IMG/VR virus record: IMGVR_UViG_3300025886_000011
Location: 10,357 to 74,356 of that record
Origin: a virus
Length of the DNA: 64,000 nucleotides
Reading direction: 5' to 3' (one strand)
Both the position numbers and the translations under genes were made by a program. The notes below the pieces were generated by a model that saw only the letters and a program-made list of their open reading frames with translations, was not told the origin of the DNA and searched no databases. This document shows positions 1-8,861 of this stretch, in pieces. How positions within the stretch are numbered: position 1 is the stretch's first letter; each line of letters starts with the position of its first letter.

Positions 1-243
1 TTTAAAGAAATAAATCAATTAGAATTAGTAAAACAAGCAGGCGTAAGACAACAATATGTTGACCAAGCTGTAAGTTTAAATTTAGCATTTCCTAAAGAAG
101 CTACACCTAAATGGATTAACCAAGTCCATTTAGAAGCATGGAAACAAGGTATTAAAACTTTATACTATATGAGAACCGAATCTGTACTAAGAGGTGATAT
201 TGCACAAAAGGCAATGGAAGACTGTATTAGCTGTGACGGATAA
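1..243 (+). CDS. nrdA: Ribonucleotide reductase class Ia alpha subunit, C-terminal fragment (5' truncated by window)
   Basis: Frame 1 translates ...RQQYVDQAVSLNL...WKQGIKTLYYMRT...EDCISCDG*, giving the DQ.S.NL, G.KTLYY.R and terminal CxxC motifs of NrdA. Confidence 0.93.
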   Translation, partial: FKEINQLELVKQAGVRQQYVDQAVSLNLAFPKEATPKWINQVHLEAWKQGIKTLYYMRTESVLRGDIAQKAMEDCISCDG

Positions 244-254
244 AAAATTAAATT

Positions 255-1001
255 ATGAAAGACTATACTTATATACTTGGTCCTTGTAGTATTGAAAACG
301 AGGATAACTTTTTAGAAGTAGCCAAAGCATTAGATGCCTATATGGGCGATAAAAACTGGTACTTAAAAGGATCCTTTGATAAAGCGAATAGAACTTCTAT
401 ACATTCCAATAGAGGTCCTGGTTTAGAAGAGGGAATGGAAATTATGAGAACCGTTAAGCATCATTATCCTAATATTAGAATTGTAACAGATATCCACGAA
501 CCTAGTCAAGCATTACCTTTATCAGAAGTAGTGGATGTTATCCAAATACCTGCATTCTTATGTAGACAAACTGACCTTTTAGTAGCATGTGCAAAAAACT
601 TTAATGTTATTAATATTAAGAAAGGGCAGTGGTTATCAGCTGAAGCAATGAAACATGCAGTTGCTAAGATTAAAGAAGTAGATCCAACTTGTGAAGTATG
701 GGTAACTGAAAGAGGATCTAATTTCGGATATGATAGACTTATTGTAGATTTTAGAGGAGTTGATGTAATGAAAGAATTTGCAGATAAAGTTATTTTAGAT
801 TGTACTCATTCAACACAAATGGCTGGTGAAGGTATAACTGGAGGTAGTCGTAAGTTAGCAAAACAGTATTCACAAGCTGCGAGGATTTTTGAATATGATG
901 GTTCATTTATTGAAACTCACCCAGATCCAGACAATGCAATATCAGATGCAGGGAGTCAAGTAGAATTAGATTGGTTAATATCTAATATTACAAATATATG
1001 A
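255..1001 (+). CDS. kdsA: KDO-8-phosphate synthase
   Basis: GPCSIE, KGSFDKANRTS, QIPAFLCRQTDL, NIKKGQ, ERG, DCTHS and ETHPDP motifs. Confidence 0.92.
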   Translation: MKDYTYILGPCSIENEDNFLEVAKALDAYMGDKNWYLKGSFDKANRTSIHSNRGPGLEEGMEIMRTVKHHYPNIRIVTDIHEPSQALPLSEVVDVIQIPAFLCRQTDLLVACAKNFNVINIKKGQWLSAEAMKHAVAKIKEVDPTCEVWVTERGSNFGYDRLIVDFRGVDVMKEFADKVILDCTHSTQMAGEGITGGSRKLAKQYSQAARIFEYDGSFIETHPDPDNAISDAGSQVELDWLISNITNI

Positions 1002-2068
1002 ATTTAGTAAACATATTATCAGAAAGTCTTAAATCTGAGAATAATGTTTATTTTCATATTGAAGATTTAGTTGAATGGTCTAAGAAGGTTATATCTAAAG
1101 GGCACGTTGAATATACTACAAATAAAGAAGGTCAAGTAATTTCATATGTAGCTTATTACAAAAATAAAGAAAGTTATTTTATTACAATGGTTTGGACTCA
1201 CTCTGATTATAGAGGTAAGGGTCTTTCTAAAAAAATCATTAAAGATATTGTAAATTCTACCGAATTACCTATAGACCTAGAAGTTCATAAAGATAACCCT
1301 GCTTATAATTTATATAGGTTATTAAAATTTGAAGCTATTAATTTTTGTGATGATCAAATAACAATGAGGAGATGTAAGAAGTTAGCTATAATGCAACCTT
1401 ATATCTTTCCTTATGTAGGTTACTTTAGTTTAATTAATTCATCTGATAAAATTTTATTTTATGATGATGTTAACTTTATTAAAAAGGGATGGATTCATAG
1501 GCAAAGAATTCTTATAAACGGTAAGGATCATTTATTTACCATTCCTTTAAATAAACCATCACAAAATAAAAAGATAAATCAAATAGAAATATCTGAAAAT
1601 GAAAGCAGGTTAAAAATCATAAAGAGTATTGAAAACGCATATAAAAAGGCACCATACTTTAAAGAAGTTTTTCCAATTATTAAAAAAGTCATATTAGGCA
1701 AGTATACTCATATTGATGAAATGGCTATATCTTCTTTAGTGGCAGTATGTAAATATTTAAACTTAGAGATTAATTATGATAGGACATCAAAGGCTGATCC
1801 CGGTTCTCAAGGTCAAGAAAAATGTGAAAGGTTAGCATCTATAACAAAAACATTAGGTTTTTCTAATTATGTAAATGTAATAAATGACATGTATGATAAA
1901 GAAACTTTTAAATCAAAGGATGTTAATTTATTTTTTAATGATCATAAAATAAAATCATACAATCAATTCGGTAAACCTTTCGTATCTCATCTATCAATTA
2001 TTGATGTTTTAATGTTTAATTCAATAAGAGACACTAAGAAATTAATATTATCATATCATATCATTTAA
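998..2068 (+). CDS. GNAT acetyltransferase domain fused to a WbqC-family domain
   Basis: N-terminal YRGKGLSK acetyl-CoA motif and NPAYNLY; from aa ~131 MQPYIFPYVGYF..YDDVNF.K.GW..R and SIIDVLMF (WbqC). Confidence 0.8.
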   Translation: MNLVNILSESLKSENNVYFHIEDLVEWSKKVISKGHVEYTTNKEGQVISYVAYYKNKESYFITMVWTHSDYRGKGLSKKIIKDIVNSTELPIDLEVHKDNPAYNLYRLLKFEAINFCDDQITMRRCKKLAIMQPYIFPYVGYFSLINSSDKILFYDDVNFIKKGWIHRQRILINGKDHLFTIPLNKPSQNKKINQIEISENESRLKIIKSIENAYKKAPYFKEVFPIIKKVILGKYTHIDEMAISSLVAVCKYLNLEINYDRTSKADPGSQGQEKCERLASITKTLGFSNYVNVINDMYDKETFKSKDVNLFFNDHKIKSYNQFGKPFVSHLSIIDVLMFNSIRDTKKLILSYHII

Positions 2069-2070
2069 TG

Positions 2071-2078
2071 AATATATA
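2071..2078 (+). promoter_or_regulatory. Late-type promoter (GT2)
   Basis: AATATATA 19 nt before the ATG. Confidence 0.55.
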
Positions 2079-2097
2079 ATAAAATTAGAAAACCAAT

Positions 2098-2985
2098 ATG
2101 TTACAGTCATATGATACTTACTTATTACTAGAATCTTTTATTGATGATAAAAACTTTGAAATCTTAAATGAAAAGAATCTCTCTAGTAAAATTAACAATG
2201 ATATAAAATTTGCTGTAGTTATGCCAACTTATAAAATTAAGAGTGATGCAGGTGTACATAAGACAAGAGCAAATCATATGTCTTCGGTTGATGTTCTTAA
2301 GGATTCTTTAGGATCTATTAAAAATCAAAAATTTAAAAATTGGAAATTATTTATAGTCGGGGATAAGTATGAAGAAGACCAAGAATTAAAAGATTTGCTA
2401 TCTTCTATGTTTAAGCCTGGCCAATATGAATATTTTAATTTACCTAAACCTGGTGAAAGAGAATCTAATATATCTTCAGAAGAAAAGAGATTAACTGGAG
2501 GAATTAAAGCAGTTAATAAAGGATTAGATATGGCAGCATCTGCAGGTTTTGATTATGTTACAAGATTAGATCATGATGACAAATGGGCACCTAATCATTT
2601 AGAGCTTTTAGCAAAAGCATATTCGCAATTTCCTAACCTAGGATTTGTATTTACACAAGGTAAGAAAAAGATAGATGCTACTAATTCTTCTGGTGGTTAT
2701 ATGATGATGCCTGACGCGACACCTGAATTAGATGTTAATAATAAAGGTTATGCAACTGGTCAAACTGCTGCTAGTTCTGTTTCATGGTGTCCTAAGCTAA
2801 TAGGTAAATTTAAATACCGAGATGCATCAGCACAAAAAGGAACTGAGCCAAAACAAAAGAAAACTATTGCTGGTGATGTTGATTTATTTCAACGGATGAT
2901 GAAAGCAATAAAAGACAAAGAACATAAATACATGTTTATACCTAAGATGACTGTATATCACAGAAACAGAAAAGGTAAATTTTAA
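2098..2985 (+). CDS. GT2-family (GT-A) glycosyltransferase with late promoter and putative head-targeting leader
   Basis: VVMPTY, AVNKGL and RLDHDDKWAPNHLE (DxD) motifs; N-terminus MLQSYDTYLLLES. Confidence 0.8.
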   Translation: MLQSYDTYLLLESFIDDKNFEILNEKNLSSKINNDIKFAVVMPTYKIKSDAGVHKTRANHMSSVDVLKDSLGSIKNQKFKNWKLFIVGDKYEEDQELKDLLSSMFKPGQYEYFNLPKPGERESNISSEEKRLTGGIKAVNKGLDMAASAGFDYVTRLDHDDKWAPNHLELLAKAYSQFPNLGFVFTQGKKKIDATNSSGGYMMMPDATPELDVNNKGYATGQTAASSVSWCPKLIGKFKYRDASAQKGTEPKQKKTIAGDVDLFQRMMKAIKDKEHKYMFIPKMTVYHRNRKGKF

Positions 2986-2988
2986 GTG

Positions 2989-2996
2989 AATATATA
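2989..2996 (+). promoter_or_regulatory. Late-type promoter (Hc1-like)
   Basis: AATATATA. Confidence 0.55.
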
Positions 2997-3020
2997 TTAA
3001 AACAATAAAAAATAACTATT

Positions 3021-3197
3021 ATGGAAAAATTTGAAGAAATTAAAGCTCTTATTGAATCAGTAGGAGAAGACGTAGATAAATTCTATGTGAAGGGAAACAA
3101 GGCTGCAGCTGTGAGAATCAGAAAAGCAATGCAGGATGTTAAAAATTTAGCACAAGAAGTAAGATTACACGTTCAAGAAACTAAGAACAATATGTAA
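3021..3197 (+). CDS. Histone H1-like Hc1-family small basic protein (58 aa, absent from ORF track)
   Basis: MEKFEEIKALIESVGEDVDKFYVKGNKAAAVRIRKAMQDVKNLAQEVRLHVQETKNNM matches the KFY.KGN.AA..R.RK.MQ..K.LAQ..R..VQ pattern of the Bacteroidota Hc1-like family. Confidence 0.85.
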   Translation: MEKFEEIKALIESVGEDVDKFYVKGNKAAAVRIRKAMQDVKNLAQEVRLHVQETKNNM

Positions 3198-3215
3198 TCC
3201 CAACCAACCACCATT

Positions 3216-3249
3216 AAAAGGACTATCTTTAACTAGGTAGTCCTTTTTT
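3216..3249 (+). terminator. Rho-independent terminator
   Basis: AAAAGGACTATCT-ttaact-AGGTAGTCCTTTT(TT) hairpin with U-tract after the Hc1-like gene. Confidence 0.85.
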
Positions 3250-3273
3250 GTTTGTAATTTATCCTATTTTACT

Positions 3274-3301
3274 TGAAACCATTTTACATTCTTCTATATA
3301 A
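3274..3301 (+). promoter_or_regulatory. Middle-type promoter (DNA-modification operon)
   Basis: TGAAAC-N16-ATATAA(TAATAA). Confidence 0.7.
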
Positions 3302-3321
3302 TAATAAATCAATTAGATTAT

Positions 3322-3873
3322 ATGGAAAGGTGCTTAATATTAGATTTTGACGATACTTTAGTTTCTACTATAGATACTCATGCCGATTCTTGGAGGCGTG
3401 CATTAGAAAGAGTTCTTAATAGAGATATTCCAATAGAGACCATAATGGCTGATATTAATTATGGTATGGATGTTCTTTTAAAGAAATATCAATTAACAGA
3501 TAATGAATCAAAATTAGCACAAGACTATAAACGAGACATATTTTCAAAGAATCTTTACAAAACTAAAATTAATCAATTACTTTTATGGGTAATAAAAAAT
3601 TCTAATTTTGAAAAGGTTATTATGGCATCTAATTCATCTAGGGAAAATGTAGATAGAATTATGACTTATCATAATATTAGTACTGATTTATTTGATCTTA
3701 TTGTAACAAGAGATAGTGTTTTAAATAAAAAGCCGCATTCTGATATGGCAGATTTAATATTTAAAACATTTCCTGAATATGAACCAACTGATTTTTTAAT
3801 GGTTGGTGATTCAGAAGTAGATTCAACATTCGCACTTAAAAACAAAATGAAATGCATACTGGTAAAGTTTTAG
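3322..3873 (+). CDS. HAD-superfamily phosphatase
   Basis: Motif I ILDFDDTLV, KKPHSD and motif IV VGDSEVD. Confidence 0.88.
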   Translation: MERCLILDFDDTLVSTIDTHADSWRRALERVLNRDIPIETIMADINYGMDVLLKKYQLTDNESKLAQDYKRDIFSKNLYKTKINQLLLWVIKNSNFEKVIMASNSSRENVDRIMTYHNISTDLFDLIVTRDSVLNKKPHSDMADLIFKTFPEYEPTDFLMVGDSEVDSTFALKNKMKCILVKF

Positions 3874-4598
3874 TAGGAAATAGTGGAGATAGAGTATATC
3901 TTCAGGATAACAAAGTTATCAAAGAAGCAGGTGTTTATCCTATAAAGTTTAAACAACAAATGGATTGGTTACAAAACTGTACTCATCCTAATTTTATAAA
4001 GATTAAGCCTATTTCAGATACCTCATTTGAAATGAAAAAACACCCTACATGGTACGATAAAATCTGTGAACAGCCTTTAGTTAAATCAATTGAACAATTA
4101 GATGATCTTATTCATATAGTAAATGACTTTGATGGTTATGGTGCTGATGTAGATGTAAGATCTTATTTGGATAAATTAGAAGGGCGAACTGGTTATAAAT
4201 ATGAAGGTGAATTAAATGCAACATCTAGTTGGGGTTTTGTACACGGTGATTTAACAGTAAGTAATATCTTATATGATAATGATTTTATTTTTATTGATCC
4301 GCGAGGTACTGAAGAACAGAATTATTATGACTATGGAAAACTGATGCAATCCTTTGTAATGAAATATGAGGCCCATATATACAATGAAAGGAATTCTAAA
4401 TATCTTAAGTTCTGTAGAGAAGCAGAAAACATAATGTATGAATGGTATGATGAATATCAATTAAAATTCTTTTTAGCGGTCCACTTATTAGGAGCAGTAC
4501 CTTTCTTTGAATTAAATGAAAGATATGAATTAGCTGGGATGTTCCTTAAAAAAGGCCATGAATTATTTGACGAATTAGAAATTAAATATAGCAAATGA
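3852..4598 (+). CDS. APH/choline-kinase-like phosphotransferase (putative sugar kinase)
   Basis: Brenner motif HGDLTVSNIL followed by FIDPRG and YYDYGKL. Confidence 0.8.
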   Translation: MHTGKVLVGNSGDRVYLQDNKVIKEAGVYPIKFKQQMDWLQNCTHPNFIKIKPISDTSFEMKKHPTWYDKICEQPLVKSIEQLDDLIHIVNDFDGYGADVDVRSYLDKLEGRTGYKYEGELNATSSWGFVHGDLTVSNILYDNDFIFIDPRGTEEQNYYDYGKLMQSFVMKYEAHIYNERNSKYLKFCREAENIMYEWYDEYQLKFFLAVHLLGAVPFFELNERYELAGMFLKKGHELFDELEIKYSK

Positions 4599-5302
4599 GT
4601 AGAGTAAGAAAAGCAATTATCTTAGCAGCCGGGAGGTCTACTAGGTATGGATCAAATAAACTTATAGATCCAATTTTAGGAAAATCAACAATTCAGTACT
4701 GTATTGAATTCTGTATTGAAAATGGAATAGAGGATGCATATGTTACTATAAGTAAATCTGACTTCTTTTTTAAGAATAGAAATACAAAGTTATCTCATCC
4801 TATTATTGAAAGTTTATCAAAGTATAAAGAAAAGATAAACATTTGTTATGAATTCCAAAAGGATGATGAATATGGACCAGGTGCAGCAATTAAAGCATGG
4901 GAAGGTAAATTTTATGAACCTTTCTTATGTCTCTTTGGTGACAATTATTATCAAGGTAATATTGGTTTAGAATACCATGATCCGAACAATACTGTTGTTA
5001 CTTATAAGGATTACGAAACTAGAGCAAGAAATTTACAACTTGCTACTATCATAGAAGATGTGGTTATTGAAAAACCTCATGGCGTAGTAAACGGAAGATA
5101 CTTCTGCGGATATATGATATTTGCAAAAGAAGCGTTTGATAACTTAAGCAGTATTAAACTATCAAATAGAAATGAATATGAAATTACTCATCTTATAAAC
5201 TCGATGGATGTTTTAAAATTTGAAGAATTAAATATATGTTGGTATGACTTAACATACGAACAAGATAAACAAGTAATAGAAGATATTATTCAAAATTGTT
5301 AA
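4595..5302 (+). CDS. Sugar-phosphate nucleotidyltransferase
   Basis: AIILAAGRSTRY..NK, LFGDNYY, EKP and RNEYEIT motifs (RmlA/GlmU-like). Confidence 0.88.
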   Translation: MSRVRKAIILAAGRSTRYGSNKLIDPILGKSTIQYCIEFCIENGIEDAYVTISKSDFFFKNRNTKLSHPIIESLSKYKEKINICYEFQKDDEYGPGAAIKAWEGKFYEPFLCLFGDNYYQGNIGLEYHDPNNTVVTYKDYETRARNLQLATIIEDVVIEKPHGVVNGRYFCGYMIFAKEAFDNLSSIKLSNRNEYEITHLINSMDVLKFEELNICWYDLTYEQDKQVIEDIIQNC

Positions 5303-5303
5303 T

Positions 5304-6569
5304 ATGAAAGAGAATGTAAAAAAGATTGGCTTTTTTAAATTAGGTAAAGCCATAAAGTTTAATGAAAACAGCTGGAGCGCAATCGGTGGTGATTGTGAAC
5401 CTAAGCAATTAATTTGTTCAATTGCAAACCGAAATCCTAATATTGAATATTGGCTATTAAGCCCAAATGACTTAGGTAAGTTTAGAGCAAAACAAAAACC
5501 TAAAGTAAATTCTTTATTTGGCCCCCCTCCTACTGATGAACCTGTAGTTCCTAATAATATTAAGGAATTTCATTCAACTATGAAAGAGAGAAAATCTACT
5601 GATGAAACTGTTGAAATTATTCAAGGTTTAGATTTAGATTTTATTTTCTTTTATACTGGTCCAACAAGTACCGTTAATATTCCAGAGTATATTAATAAGA
5701 AGGATGGTACTGGTCAAGTTAAATCATTAGACTTCTTTAAGTATTATGCAGCTCCTATTATTAAATCAATGAATGAGTTGGAAAAGAAAGTTCCTATTGT
5801 TGGTTTACTTGTTGATAACCGTTATATACTTGCATGTAAAGATTGGGGAATTAATAATAGACCAACTTATTACTTAGCACAAAATACATTTACTAAAGAA
5901 GAACAATATTTCTGCAATCCACCCTTGCGAGATGTCAAGACTATCACATCAACATATGAATATTCAGGTATTGAAACAGTATTCTTATTAGATAAGAAAA
6001 GATATGATACTGATGAATTATTCAAAATGAAGAAAACTGATTCGTTTATGATGTTACAGAATCAAGGTAAAGGTTCTGGTGGAATGGACCGATGGGATCC
6101 GGTAAAAGAATATATTGTTGATCAAGAAATTGAGACTGATATCTATGGAAAATGGGATGATGAAATCAAGGAAAAATATCCTAAATGGTTTAAAGGAGAA
6201 ACTAGAATTGAAACAATGACTGATGAATTACTTGGTACTAAATATACATTCTGTGTACCTATTAAAGAAGGTATGGTAACATCTAAGTATGCTGAAATGC
6301 TACACTATGGTATTATACCATTCTTACATCCGTCTTACGACACTGACTTTAATGTCTTCCCTGAAGGTCATTTTATTCGATGTAAATCAGCAGAAGATTT
6401 AAAAAAGAAAATTGAATTCTTAAATGCAAACCCAGAGCATTACAAGAAATTATTTTATAACCTGCAAGAAAAGTATCTTAAGGATTCTTATTATACTGGA
6501 GAACATGTAGATAACAAGATCTGGGAATCTTATGAACACGTAACAAAAACTGAAACAATAGATGTATAA
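5304..6569 (+). CDS. GT-B glycosyltransferase resembling T4 beta-glucosyltransferase (putative DNA glycosyltransferase)
   Basis: C-terminal DIYGK..VTSKYAEMLHYGIIPFLHPSYDTDFNV..FIRCKSAEDLKKKIEFL aligns by eye with T4 BGT EFFG..ITLRVWETM..IDEEFDTKHRI..YVNNRAELIDRVNEL; LVDNRY resembles FTDIRL. Confidence 0.7.
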   Translation: MKENVKKIGFFKLGKAIKFNENSWSAIGGDCEPKQLICSIANRNPNIEYWLLSPNDLGKFRAKQKPKVNSLFGPPPTDEPVVPNNIKEFHSTMKERKSTDETVEIIQGLDLDFIFFYTGPTSTVNIPEYINKKDGTGQVKSLDFFKYYAAPIIKSMNELEKKVPIVGLLVDNRYILACKDWGINNRPTYYLAQNTFTKEEQYFCNPPLRDVKTITSTYEYSGIETVFLLDKKRYDTDELFKMKKTDSFMMLQNQGKGSGGMDRWDPVKEYIVDQEIETDIYGKWDDEIKEKYPKWFKGETRIETMTDELLGTKYTFCVPIKEGMVTSKYAEMLHYGIIPFLHPSYDTDFNVFPEGHFIRCKSAEDLKKKIEFLNANPEHYKKLFYNLQEKYLKDSYYTGEHVDNKIWESYEHVTKTETIDV

Positions 6570-7584
6570 TTCCGAAACAAAAATCCTAATCACCGGTGGT
6601 GCTGGGTTCGTTGGTACAAATTTTATTAACGATTTATTAAAAAGAGGGCACAACCCTAAATGTATTGCTGTAATTGATAATATGGAACATGGTACTTATA
6701 TACCTAAAGTCCATGATCAAATTGAAAATTTTCATAAAGTAGATATTAGAAATCAATATGTAGAAAATATAATTCAGGAATTTTCCCCTGATTATGTTTA
6801 CCACTTTGCAGGTTTAGTTTCTATTTATGATTGCCACGAAGACCCTTATGAAGCTGTAGATAATAATATCTTAGGAAGTATTAATGTAATGAACGGTTGT
6901 GTAAAGGCAGATGTAAAAAGAATTATCTTTAGTGAAACTTCTGCAGTATATGAAAATTGTGAAATGCCTAAAGAAGGATTTAATGAAAAGCAATCTGATC
7001 CTACTACAATTTATTCTACGACTAAAGCATGCCTTGCCTTATTAGCAGAATCATATCAGAGAACTAAAGGTTTAAATTATACTGCATTAAGATACTTTAA
7101 TGTTGCAGGGCCACTGCAAGATTATAATAGAACCATCCCTCCTGTATTTGCTGGATTTATTTTAAGAATTAAAGGTAATCATAACCCTATAGTATTTGGG
7201 GATTATATGAAAGCAAGAGATTATATTGATGTATCCGACGTTAACGCATTTCATATTCTTTGTATGGAAAATGAAGACACTGCAAATCAAACATTTAATT
7301 TAGGTACTGGTAAAATGACAAACCTAATGGATCTTAAAAATATGATTGGTGATATTATGGGAATAGATAAACCTGTGTTTGATCACTACGATCCGATTGC
7401 AGGTGAAGCTCTAAATATTAGAGGGGATATCTCTAAGGCTAAGTCAATGGGATGGGAACCTAAAAAAGATATCAGAGATACGATAAAAGAAACAATAGTT
7501 TACCTTGAAGAAGAAATTAACCAAGGGACCATTGATCCACTAACATTTATGGAAAATTTAGAAATTGAAAAAGTAAAAATTTAA
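6562..7584 (+). CDS. NAD-dependent NDP-sugar epimerase/dehydratase (GalE-like extended SDR)
   Basis: ILITGGAGFVG, HFAG, YSTTK (YxxxK), LRYFNVAGP, RDYIDV motifs. Confidence 0.92.
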   Translation: MYNSETKILITGGAGFVGTNFINDLLKRGHNPKCIAVIDNMEHGTYIPKVHDQIENFHKVDIRNQYVENIIQEFSPDYVYHFAGLVSIYDCHEDPYEAVDNNILGSINVMNGCVKADVKRIIFSETSAVYENCEMPKEGFNEKQSDPTTIYSTTKACLALLAESYQRTKGLNYTALRYFNVAGPLQDYNRTIPPVFAGFILRIKGNHNPIVFGDYMKARDYIDVSDVNAFHILCMENEDTANQTFNLGTGKMTNLMDLKNMIGDIMGIDKPVFDHYDPIAGEALNIRGDISKAKSMGWEPKKDIRDTIKETIVYLEEEINQGTIDPLTFMENLEIEKVKI

Positions 7585-7587
7585 TAT

Positions 7588-8850
7588 ATGGAAAAAGAAT
7601 TAAAATGGGGTACTATAATTCCACTAATTGGTGGTAGTGCTATAGGATGTAAAAAATCTGCAGGTAATGAACCGGCATTTCATTTAAGCTATGATGCATT
7701 TGCTGCTAACGAAAGTCATATCGAAAAATATTGGCCAGAAGTACCTATGTACAGATTGGATCATGAAGATTTAGATATACCTAAACAAACCTTTAATGAA
7801 GTTGATTATGTAAATTCAGTATGCCCGTGTGCAGGTTTATCACAATTAAATTCTGCAAAAGGTAGTGCTGCATCTCGAGGATCTGGTGCAACGCAGAACC
7901 AATGGATGTATAATTCATCAGAGTATATTTTAGAAAATGTAAAACCTAAAGTTCTTTGGGGTGAAAATGCACCTGGTCTTTTTACTAAGATGGGAGAAGG
8001 TGTAGTTGATAGGTTAAAGGCTATCGGTGAAAAATACGGATATAGTTTTTCGTTAATTAAAACTAATACTGAATTGCATGGAATTCCACAAAGGCGAATG
8101 AGAACATTTTATTTCTTTTGGAATACTCCAACCGTTCCTATGTTAAGTTGGAAGTTTAGAGAAAAGAAAAATCTTATTGATTATCTTAATGAAATACCGG
8201 AAGATGCTACTCATCAAGATATGTTTATGGTTGAAGGAAAGGTTACGGATCATTTTAAACCTTATGAATATGTTTTAGAAAAAGAAGGTTTAACTCATTC
8301 TGAATTTGCTGCTAAATTTAAGAAAGGTACTATTGCTCAATATTTAGAAAAAAATGAATTAATACCTGACTGCATTAAGTGGTTAGAGAAGCATTATCCA
8401 AAAAGAGGATTTTCAAATAAAAAATCTACTAAGACTTTTATTGATATGTTAGAACATCAGCAATATAAGACAAGTCAAGGATTAGGTTATTGGGATGCAT
8501 CACCACACTTCTTTCATGATTCTTTTTCTGCTCTTATTGGTAGAAATATGTTTAACGGAGTTCATCCTATAGAAAATAGATATCTCAATGTAAGAGAGAT
8601 GCTGCACTTAATGGGCCTACCTTTAGACTTTGGTATCGAAAATGCAAAGCAAGTAAATCATATCGCTCAAAATGTACCAGTAACTACTGCAATGGATATG
8701 GCTGATGAAGTAAAGAAATTTTGTAATGGAGAAGCTAAGATGACTAACTATACTTTTCTGAAGCAAGATAATACAAACCATAAAATTATTGACTCTACTG
8801 AAATTGGAGCTGAACCTAAAAAGAAGTATAAAGTAACAAATATAATTTAA
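7588..8850 (+). CDS. C5-cytosine methyltransferase-like protein with atypical SAM-binding motifs
   Basis: Motif IV CPCAGLS, VI ENAPGL, VIII GIPQRRMRTF, IX RYLNVREMLHLMGLP; motif I reads IPLIGG and motif X reads IAQNVP. Confidence 0.8.
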   Translation: MEKELKWGTIIPLIGGSAIGCKKSAGNEPAFHLSYDAFAANESHIEKYWPEVPMYRLDHEDLDIPKQTFNEVDYVNSVCPCAGLSQLNSAKGSAASRGSGATQNQWMYNSSEYILENVKPKVLWGENAPGLFTKMGEGVVDRLKAIGEKYGYSFSLIKTNTELHGIPQRRMRTFYFFWNTPTVPMLSWKFREKKNLIDYLNEIPEDATHQDMFMVEGKVTDHFKPYEYVLEKEGLTHSEFAAKFKKGTIAQYLEKNELIPDCIKWLEKHYPKRGFSNKKSTKTFIDMLEHQQYKTSQGLGYWDASPHFFHDSFSALIGRNMFNGVHPIENRYLNVREMLHLMGLPLDFGIENAKQVNHIAQNVPVTTAMDMADEVKKFCNGEAKMTNYTFLKQDNTNHKIIDSTEIGAEPKKKYKVTNII

Positions 8851-8861
8851 TTATAAAAACT

